A stretch of DNA of 64,000 nucleotides. It comes from Thecamonas trahens ATCC 50062. Taxonomy: Eukaryota; Protista; Apusomonadida. Below, piece by piece: positions 54,627 through 64,000 of the stretch (position 1 is the first letter of the stretch; every line of letters begins with the position of its first letter). The DNA is taken from contig NW_013657623.1 in the NCBI RefSeq assembly GCF_000142905.1, positions 25,928 to 89,927 on the forward strand, read 5' to 3'. A program made the position numbers and the translations under genes. The notes under the pieces are model-generated. The model was not told the DNA's origin. It ran no database searches and saw only the letters and a program-made list of their open reading frames with translations.

Positions 54627-57600
54627 ATGGTAGAGACGGTGCTAGGCGTGGCACTCACGGGACTGGCGACTGTGTCAATTATACTCTCTGTAATTGTGGT
54701 GTATGCAGCTGTTAATGATGCACTTTTGTCAAGACTACGTGGACTACGTCAAGTTGCATTTCTGGCTGTCTTTGATGTGGCCTCCTCGCTCCAGTTTCTC
54801 TTTGTCCTCACAGACTTTACCTCGCATCGCGTCTTTTGTGTCGTCGAGGCTGTTCAGACTCAGTTCTCTTTTGTCATGTGGCTTGGTATGCATACTACCC
54901 TCTCGCTCCTTGTCCTCTTTCAAACTCGATCAGAGCACTCGTCCACAAAAACGTTGATGAACGAGTGGCTCTCTCTCGCAGGTGTAACTGCCATCGCTCT
55001 CCTCACCGTTCTCTGGATGTCGCTCCCTTGCGAGTCGGCCATCGAGGCTCTTCCCTACGCCGCAAGCCTCTGCTGGATGCGTGACGACTCAGAGTACTCG
55101 TGCCGCCTCTTGCTCTTTGATATCCCCTGCCAGTTTGCCATGGCCTGCAACGCCTACGTCCTAGTCGCTGCCGCCCGTCTCGAGGCCTCCAAGCAGCTCC
55201 CCTGGGCTCGCACTCTTCGGACCTACACCATGCTCTACTCGATTGTCTTTCTCGGCGCCTTTGCCCCGTACGTTACCTCCTTCTGGTACGTTGCCCTCAC
55301 CGGCTCAACCTCGTCACAGCTCCCGCCCGCCGTCAACGCTTTCATCCTCCTCGCCTGGGCCGGCCATGGCGCCATCAACTCGGCCGTCTTTCTTCCGCTC
55401 TGGTATGGCGTGTCGCGGACAAAGGTCCTCCTTGGTGGCTACTCTACCCTTCCGCAGGATCTCGAGATCTCACACCTCCGCCGCCTGCAAGAGTGGGAGA
55501 AGCTCGTCCAGAGCCTCACCGGCCTGGTGACCTCAGCCTCTGGCGGCGCCCACGCCGCTCCGCACCGCGGCCTCTTCCAGCGCTACTGCCGCTCGTCCAT
55601 GCTGCTTGCCAAGCCGACGAGTGCCGCGCGCCTTCAGCGCACTTCGCGCCCGACCTCGCCGATCCTGGAAGACGAGCTCGCCTCGCTCCGCGACACCTCG
55701 CTCAGCCTTGGCTCGGACGACATTGACGTCACCCATGGCGGATCCGGCGGAGGGGGCCTCTTCCCCTCCCTCGGCGCAGACGACCGTGCTGCACGCGCCC
55801 AGTACCGCTCTCTCTTCTCCTACGAACAGCTGTCAGTTGCGGGCGCAGAGTCGGTCCCTCTCCTTGGCCCACACCTCATGGTCCACCAAGGCCCGCTCTC
55901 GCTCCGCTGGGGAAGGCCGGGCGAGGGCTCGGGCGCCTCCACTCCGCGTGCCGTTCCCGGCTCCCCACACACCCCGGCCGTCACCGCCACCGCCGGCAGC
56001 GTGCTCGCTGACGAGCGCGGTAGCCTGTATGCGACGAGCTCGCCCGGTCGCGCCTCTCTGGCAGCCTCGGCGCCCACCCTCTTCTCCACTCTTTTCCGCA
56101 CAAGCTCCGCCGCCTCGCCCATCGCCGGCTCGGGCTCCGCGAGCGGCGTCTCGTCGTCGGCCGGCTCGGGCCTCGGCTCCAAAAAGTTCAAGCCGTACCT
56201 GTTCCGCCTTGCCGGTGAGACGCTCTACTACTACCTCCCCCGCGCTGCGCCCGACGGCGAGACCCTCCGCCCAGCCTCGCTCTTCCGCACCGTCCGTGGC
56301 ATGGAGCCGGCCGCCCTCACCTCGATGATCAAGGCCACCGACTTTGCTGGCGCCATCCCACTCGCTGGGGCCACCATTGTGGCTAGCTGGCGGCGCGGGA
56401 GCGACTCGTGCGACGACGATGATGACGAGGCCGCGCAAGGCTGGCCAGGTTCGGGGAGCACAAGTCAAGCCGACGCTGCCGGCGCATACATCATTCGTAT
56501 TCTGCAAGAAGGCCAGATCTTTGAGCTCCGCGCAGACACACTCGACGAGGCCGAGGTCTGGCTGGCCAAGTTGCAGGAGCTCGATCCGGGCGGTGTGCGC
56601 CATGTCGAGGTCGTCTCCGAGGGTGGGACACCGATGCTTGAGCTCGGCGGGCCGACTTGCTCCGTCTGCATTGCCCGCTACCCGCTCGGCGCCCGCCGGG
56701 CAGCGACCTGGATGCGCTCGCGTGACGACGCCGTCTTTGTTGCCGGCTACCTCGACCACATGCGCCTTTCGCTTGCCGCCAACAACGAGGTTGCGGCCCG
56801 GCTTGCCGCCGTCCCCTCCATGTACCCCGTCGCCTTCTCGCCGTCCACCTTTCTCCTCGAGGTTATCGGCCTCCACACGGTCAACGCCATTGGCTATGTC
56901 GTCCAAGAGTCGCTGCCACTGCAGGTCAGCGCCATGCTGGGCATCTTTGGCCTTGAGGGCTTTCTTGAGGAATTTGTCATGCACCCGCGCCGCGGCTGGG
57001 GCTCGCACGGCTACGGCGCGCGCAACTACGTCGCGCTCTCGCTCGCAGACCTGGAGACGCTGCGGAAGGACTCGGCTCTGCTCGCCTCGTTTGGCCTCAC
57101 CGGCTACGCCGTCCAAGTCAGCGTCGTCTTTGTCTCGGGCTGGTCCCGCCTTGATTCCTTCACCCGGGCCACCGTCGCCGCCCAGTTTGCCCGACTCCGG
57201 GCCATTCCGCAGTCGTTTGACGTTGGCAAGTTTGTCCTTCTCCGCATCATCGACTTTGTGCCGGGCGTCGCCGCACCGTCATCGTGGAGCGGCCTCTGCG
57301 GCGCCCGCTTTGAGCGCGGTTCTACCGCCTCGGGCTACCAGGAGCTGTTCATGAACAAGGTCGCGCTCGAGCTGCAATCACCGCAGTCGCGCATGGCCAA
57401 CTCTATGGCCTCTGCTGCGAGCACTTCGTTCTACGTCGCCCAGCCGGCGCACCCAAGCCCCTCCGCTGGCCTTGTGCGCACCATTTCGGGCTCGTCGACC
57501 ACCTCGTCTGTCTCTTCCTTCTCGCCCGTCAAGTCGTTTGTTGCCCGCGAGACCACGCCGCTGCTCGGCGACGAGCGCTCGTCGCAGACGCTCTCGGCTC

Positions 57601-59269
57601 TGGCCGCCCTTAGTGGCGTCGCCCAGCCGCGGACCGTCGTTGACTTTCTTTCCCGACCGGGCTCGACCGTGAGCGAGTACGAGAGTGCTCAGCCGGCGAG
57701 CCGGCTCACCTTTGGCAACACCTCGCTCAACGGCTCACTGCCAACCATTGCGCCTGCCGTCCGCGGCGACGGAAGTGATCGGAGCAGCGGGAGCGAGGGA
57801 CGGGTGAGCAACCGCGGTCTCGCACTGGCTCTCGTTTGGGTCCTCTTTGCCGCCTTCCTCGTTGGCTCGCTCTATGCCTTTCCGCTCTACGTCGCAGACC
57901 TGCGCGCCTTCCACAGGCTCGACGGCAACTCGGACGCCCTCGTCATTGCCGCGCTTTACATCTTTGGCTTTTACTTTGCCCTGCCTACCGGCTACCTCTA
58001 TCGTGTGGCCGGCATCCGCGGCGGGCTCCTCGGCTCGAGTGGCCTCGTCGTCACTGGCTACGCCCTACTCTATGCTGACCAGCGGGATGTTGTGCGGATG
58101 ACAGCAGCGTGGCAGCTCGGCCTCTGCTTTGTTGTGGTTGGCATGGGCTCCAACGGTGTTGTCATCGGCGCCGTTGCCGCCCTCCTCAACGCGCTGCCTC
58201 TCTCGGCGGCGCTCGCTGCAGGCACTCTCTATGCTGGCACTGCCATGGGCGCGCTCGGGGCGGGTGCGCTCTACACCCACACCTTTGACCGGTCGCTCGA
58301 GTATCTGTTCTTGGCGGAGCTCCTCTCTGGCGCAGTGCTCATTGTAGGGAGTTTTTCCTTGTGCCGCGCGCCCGCGGATGGGATGGCGTCTTCGCCGCCG
58401 CCTCGGGCGCCCGTCTCCAGGCCATCCTGCGATACTCCAAGTCGTCGCCGTGGCTTGTTTCTGAGATCTTCTCCACCTCGGCGAGTAGTGCGAACGCCCA
58501 GGATGGCCGGGGCGAGGGCATCGAGGCCGGAGGAAGCATGGAGGAGCACCAGGCGTCGGCCCTCATTGCTGCCGCTCTGGACCATATGGATCATGCGCTT
58601 ACCGGCCTCTCGCTCTTTGTCCATCCGGAGTTTGTCCTCCTTGGCGTTGTCGTCTCGCTCGTCCAGGGCACGTCTGAGCTTGTCTCGTCGTACATTGTCA
58701 ATCTGGAGGACCGGGCTGCACCGTCGCAGATCTACATGCGGTTCCTGGTCATCTTTGTCGGGCGTGCCATCGGCTCGTTCCTCATGGGCTCGGGCTGCAC
58801 CCTCTTCACTCCGCGGAGCACCCCTGTTCGCTACTCGAAGCCGTACTCGTACTGGCTGGTTGGTGCCTGCCTCCTCGTCTCGATGTCGCACATTCTGCTC
58901 ACCCGCGACGATCCGTCGCTCATCGAGTTTGGCCTCCTCGCCGCCGGCCTCCTCTACGGTGGCCTCGACGTCACCTTTTTGCTGCTCTTGCAAAAGTTCT
59001 TTGGCGCCGCCAACATTGCCCTGAACTACGCCTCACTCACCTCGGTCCAGGCTGCTGGCTCGCTGCTCCTGCAGGTGTACGCGCAGCGGGAGATCAACTC
59101 GAGCTGCTACGGGGCCAAGTGCTTCACTAACCTCTTCCTCATCGCCTCCACCTGCTGCTTTATGGGCGCCGGCTTTGGGCTGCTCCTGTGGCGCCTGCGC
59201 GCCCGGGATCGGTTGCGGCGGTCAAAGGTCTCTCGCACCGTGGCGGCAGCCACAGTCGGGATGCAGTAG
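54627..59269 (+). CDS. Polyprotein: cAMP-receptor-like 7TM, PH, degenerate PIP kinase and Nodulin-like MFS transporter (~1547 aa; frameshift near 58352-58356)
   Basis: LAVFD, CVVEA, CWM, HGAINSAVF (7TM); YLFRLAGETLYYY...FELRADT.DEAEVW (PH); LRKDSALLASFGLTGY and IIDF (PIPK-like); GSLYAF..Y, LPTGYLY, CYGAKCF (MFS). Confidence 0.7.
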
Positions 59270-59374
59270 TCGCCAAAAATCGTTAGCAAAGCGCAAGCAT
59301 CACGCCCGGTGTGGTATGGGTATGGGAAGGGGAGGAGTAAACAAGAGCAACGGGCCATGCACCAAGGCTTGACC

Positions 59375-60151
59375 TCACCGACCCTTGAGAAAGAACCGAG
59401 ATGCCCCGTCTGCGGCCTTGTAGTGGACCACCCTACCGACGACGCCGCTCGCTTCTGGGGCGGCGGCCACAGCGATGCTCCCATGCACCTCGCGCGAGTA
59501 ACCTGTTGCAAGAGGCGCAACCGTGAGGACGTAGTCTGACCGCAGCACGGCGAGATCCATGGCCAAAGTCGCCGTTCCAGAAGTCGCAGTGACAACCAGA
59601 CACCGAGCTCTCCCGCCTCGGCCACCATCGTCACCAGCACTCCACTCGTGGAGGCGGGCGAAGAGGCCGAGGACCTCCGCATCGTCGTATCCGACACCAT
59701 ACACTAGAGCATCGAGGCCCTCGACCACGACCAGGGCCGGATCAAAGGCTATCACCCGCTCAGCCACGAGTTCTAGCGATTCTCTCTCCGAAGGCGAGCC
59801 ACCTGGAGCCAGACCCGTCACCATGGTACCCACCACATCCTCGACCATGATAGCGCCGGCCGATCTCATCGCCGCCATGTCCACGCCGATTTTAGCCCAG
59901 AGCGTGTCCAAGGTATCCCCCCCTGCCGCCGCGGTGATAACAGCAATATTCCCTCTACCATGCCCATGCCCATCACTCTCATGACCTTGATCACCTCTGT
60001 TACCGCCCTCCCCGTGCCGAGCCACGAGGTGAGCCACCGGCAAATGACTCGGACCGCTCGCCGCAGCTTCGCCCACTACCGCCACCACTGTCGGCTCTAC
60101 AAACGGACCCCGTGGCCACCCGAGTACAGCCTCGAGCTCTGCAAAGGCCAT
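59375..60151 (-). CDS. ELP6: Elongator complex subunit 6-like
   Basis: C-terminal V.PLATGYSREVHG.I...HYK..DG...FF.KG signature; RecA-like fold without Walker A. Confidence 0.75.
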   Translation of the reverse strand: MAFAELEAVLGWPRGPFVEPTVVAVVGEAAASGPSHLPVAHLVARHGEGGNRGDQGHESDGHGHGRGNIAVITAAAGGDTLDTLWAKIGVDMAAMRSAGAIMVEDVVGTMVTGLAPGGSPSERESLELVAERVIAFDPALVVVEGLDALVYGVGYDDAEVLGLFARLHEWSAGDDGGRGGRARCLVVTATSGTATLAMDLAVLRSDYVLTVAPLATGYSREVHGSIAVAAAPEASGVVGRVVHYKAADGASRFFLKGR

Positions 60152-60497
60152 GTGGAAGAACGGCGAGGCGAGTCGCGTCTGTCGCACCCCGTCGTGTCGC
60201 CGTCTTGTGTCGCCTCTCGTCGTGTCGCCTCGTCGGTTCGTGCCGCTTTCGAACCTCGCCGAGTGGCACCCAGTTGATGGTGACGGGGATCATGATGAGG
60301 ATGGGGGGGAGGGGGGGGGGATCAGATAGCGACAAACAGATCAGTACTGGAGATATACATATAAGAAAAGACTGGATGGCTTGGAATGGATGACAGTAAA
60401 CCAGTAGCCCAAGCCAGCCGCCGGGAAAGCAGAGCCAGCAAACAACCACTGCGCCAGCCGATGTGCCCCGTGCCAGCCACCTGGCCACCTGGCCACG

Positions 60498-60591
60498 ACC
60501 ACACGACCACACGACCACACGACCACACGACCACACGACCACACGACCACACGACCACACGACCACACGACCACACGACCACACGACCACA
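60498..60591 (+). repeat. (ACCACACG)n minisatellite, ~11 copies
   Basis: Seen directly, between divergent ELP6 and RasGEF starts. Confidence 0.9.
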
Positions 60592-60678
60592 CCCACCACT
60601 CCTCCTCCCCCCCCCCCCTTCCACTCCCTCACCCCCACCCCCACCCCCCCCACCCCTCCCCCCCACCCCAGTCACACC

Positions 60679-63411
60679 ATGAGTGCAATGCCCTCCACGC
60701 CTGCCGGCCGTGTCTGCTTCGCCTGTAACACGCCTGTCCACGAAGCCGTCACCGTCACCGGCAATGGCACCGTCTGGCACCCACACTGCTTTGCATGCTC
60801 ATCGTGTGGAACACATATCCAAGGTAATCCCCCCCTCCCTCCCCCCTCCTCCCCTCCCCCTCCCTCCCTCCTTCTTTTCCCCCCTTACCCACTCCCCCCC
60901 CGTTTAAAANNNNNNNNNNNNNNNNNNNNNNNNNNNNNNNNNNNNNNNNNNNNNNNNNNNNNNNNNNNNNNNNNNNNNNNNNNNNNNNNNNNNNNNNNNN
61001 NNNNNNNNNNAGCTCTCACCCCTCCCGCCATGCTTAGGCAAGTACGTCCTCGGTCCGTCGATATGCTCTGGCTCGGCAAGTGGTGATGGCGCTGTTGGTC
61101 TTGGTGGCTCTGATCCTGCTGGTCCTGCTGGTGGTGGTGGCCGCACTGCTACTGGTGGTAATGGTACAACTCGGGCACCGATCTGTCTTGATTGTGCTCG
61201 GCTCAAGTGTGACAAGTGTGGAGAGAGTGTAGAGGCTGCTGAAGAGCACATGGAAATCGGTCAACTGGTCTTCCATCTAGACTGCTTTACCTGTACTACT
61301 TGTCATGCTCCCATTGCTGATGCTGATACCTTCTCAGGTCAGCCATCTGCTCCTCATTGCCTCTCATGTACATCGCTCGCGGCTCCCGTGGTGGTCACCC
61401 TCCCAAGAACCTGCTCCACTTGTCAACAGCTCATCACAGACCCATCTTTCTTCTCCATCCACAACGATGAATGGTTCTATCACTCGGACTGCATGGCCTG
61501 CGTCACGTGCGGTGTTGATGTCTCGCAAGCTTACTTTGAGCGCGACTCGCTCCTCTACTGCCGTGAACACGCGCGTTCCGCCTTCAAGGTCCGCGGCGCC
61601 GACGAGTCGCCCGCCTCCTCGGCCTCGTCCAACTCATCCGGACGTGTGAGTGGTCCGCGCGGCTCGCTCCACCGCGCCTCTGCCTCTGTTCCTGCTTCTG
61701 ATCTCGCGCCTGCGACCTCCTCGCCGCCTCCTGACGACGAGCGCCCGCCCGATGGTGCCGCCGTCATGGCGCCGGAGCTCGTCGTCGACCAGCGGACATC
61801 CCGGGTAGAGTCGGCCGTCATAGAGCCCGGCAAGGTTGTCGCCGCTCTCCCGCTGGCCACCGAGATCGACCAGGCCGACGCGCTCGCCTTCCTCTCCCAG
61901 CTCATGGACGAGGAAGATCTGTCGTACTACGCAAACTTGTCCAAAAAGGACATGAAGGCGAGAAAGAAGCGCCAAAAGGCCGAGGCCAAGCGCCGAAAGA
62001 AGCTCGCCAAGGAGACCGGCGCATCCCATCCCGACGCCGCCGACACGACCTCTTCGTCGCCGTCTGCCCATCCGTCCGACGCACCCGACCTCAAGTTTGA
62101 TGATGGCGGTGCTGTTGTCGGCGGCTCGCCCGCTCGCCTCGTCGAGCGTCTCACCTACGAGCGCCACCCGACCCCGACCTACATGCAGACCTTCATGCTC
62201 ACGTTTCGGTCGTTCGCCACCCCGCGCGAGCTGGTCCAGCTCCTGGCCCGCCGCTTCAACACGCCCACCCCCGCCACACTGAGTGACGAGGCCAAGCTCG
62301 AGCACTACCGCCAGACCCTCGTCCCCATCCGCCTTCGTGTCCTCAACGCCTTCAAGTTTTGGATCTCCACGCACTGGTACGACTTTGAGGCTGACGACGG
62401 CCTCTGCGACGTCGTCATCGCCTTTGCCCGCAACACGCTTGCAGCCTGCATGCCCGGCCCCGCCGCCGCTGTCGTCTCAAAGATCGAGCGCATGCGCGCG
62501 AGCGGCCGCGAGTCGGCAGTCGCTCAGCTTGCCCGCAAGCAACCCAAGCCGGTTCTCCCCAAGGTTCTCAAGGCCAACCCGGACCTGGACATCGCCGCCG
62601 CACTCGCGGCAGGCCCCGATGCCGCGCTTGCTCTCCGCGACATTCCGCCGCTTGAGCTTGCGCGTCAGCTGACCCTCATCGAAGCCGAGCTGTTTGCGCC
62701 GTTGAGCCGCGCGAGTGCGTCTCCAAGCAGTGGTCCCGTGTCGACGCCGCCGGCAACTCGGCTGCCCCAAACATCTCCGCCATCGCAGCCCGGTTCAACA
62801 CTGTCTCCCGTTGGGTCGCTTCGGCCATCGTCTCCGAGCCCGAGCTCAAGAAGCGCAAGGCGCTCATGGCCTACTTTCTCAAGGTCGCTGGCAAGTGCGC
62901 CAAGCTCAACAACTTCAACTCGACCATGGCCATCCTCGCTGGCTTCCACTCCTCGGCTGTCTACCGCCTCAAGATGTCATGGGACGGCCTGCCCAAGTCC
63001 GCCGCAAAGGCTTACGCCAAGCTCGAGGCGCTCACCAACTCGGCCTCCAACTACAAGCAACTCCGCGCTGCCCTCCGCAAGTCCAACCCACCCGCCGTCC
63101 CCTACCTCGGCATGTTCCTCACCGACTTGACATTTGTTGAGGATGGCCTCCCGGCATACATCGACGCCGCAGACGCCGCTCCTTCGCCTCGCCTCATCAA
63201 CTTTACCAAGCTCCGCAAGGTCGCCACAGTCATTCGCGGCATCCAGCTCTTCCAGCACGAGCCGTACTCATTTGTCGAAGTCCCCGCCCTCGCCCGCTTC
63301 CTCCGACACGACCTCCACCCGCTCACAGACGACGACATGTATCGCCTCTCCCTCGACATCGAGCCGCGCGGGGCCTACAAGTCCAAGTCCAAGTCCAAGT
63401 CCAAGTCATAG
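60679..63411 (+). CDS. LIM x3, REM and CDC25 RasGEF; exon 1 60679-60823, intron 60824-61037 (contains N gap), frameshift near 62697
   Basis: Three CxxC-HxxC-CxxC-CxxC/H LIM units; FMLTFRSF, IRLRVLN..K.W...HWYDF; ELARQLTL, LNNFNS, PAVPYLGMFLTDLTF, INFTK. Confidence 0.88.
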
Positions 63412-63746
63412 TCATGGTCATGGTCCCTAATCGTAGTCGTAGTTGTAGTTGTAGTCAGCCTGCTGATCTCGCCCTCGGATCAAACGCCACAGCTCTCTCC
63501 CTCCCTCTCATGGCCTCCGCCCTCCACACCATTGTCCTCCCGATCGTCATTGCAGCCGCCCTCGCACTCCCCGTTGTCTACTATCTCGCCCACTACCGAT
63601 CGAACCGGACCATCAACTGTGTACTCTCTGCCCCTGCCGCCGCCCTCTATGCCTCGCTCGCTCGCTATCTCCCGCCGCTCGCCTCGGCACCGAATCCGCG
63701 CGCTGCCGCCGCCTCCGCCTCGCTCGCCGCCTCGCTCCCGCCAGCC

Positions 63747-64000
63747 ATGCTGAATGACGTCTCATCAGCCGCAGTCTCCTACCTTCGCACTCGTGCTGCC
63801 CTTGTTGTCCTCGGCGGCTCGCTCGTCGTCCTCGCCGTTGTCAACGCCGTCATCGTCTCCGCCGCCGCCTCATCATCGACTTCGGCTCCGCTTGCTCCGG
63901 CGCCGCTGCCGTGGTGGATCGGGGCGCTCTCTGTCGGCGGCCCGCTTGTTGTGGGTGCCCTCCTCCTCACCCATGCCGCCGTCACCGTCTCACCTGCTTC
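63747..64000 (+). CDS. 5' part of a membrane protein running off the window
   Basis: GCCATG start; open frame with two hydrophobic segments to the window end. Confidence 0.5.
   Translation, partial: MLNDVSSAAVSYLRTRAALVVLGGSLVVLAVVNAVIVSAAASSSTSAPLAPAPLPWWIGALSVGGPLVVGALLLTHAAVTVSPA

Noticed and set aside
60498-60591. CRISPR array or telomeric repeat
   Set aside because: No spacers or cas genes, eukaryotic context, internal position, and the unit is not a recognised telomere repeat

Overview
GC-rich, gene-dense, intron-poor nuclear DNA of a unicellular eukaryote. The gene content and style would fit an apusomonad-like protist, but the organism cannot be fixed from this window. It holds about 30 protein-coding genes, 5 tRNA genes (2 Ser-CGA, 3 Ile-AAT), several GT-AG introns (mostly GTACG donors) and three N gaps. 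At least nine single- or two-base deletions in homopolymer runs split otherwise intact genes. Repairing them reveals three large, unusual fusion proteins: (1) a myosin motor with a tandem CAP-Gly tail, (2) a bacterial CrfC/YjdA-like dynamin GTPase fused to a TKL-like kinase and bracketed by inverted tRNA-Ile genes, and (3) a 7TM receptor-PH-degenerate PIP kinase-MFS transporter polyprotein. Other points of note: a type-II SECIS-like hairpin behind a Sep15/SelM-like gene end, an H+-ATPase whose ATG appears to be created by splicing, and a pseudo-PTP head-to-head with a RIIa/Dpy-30-PP2C. All family assignments come from motif recognition by eye; no database searches were run.
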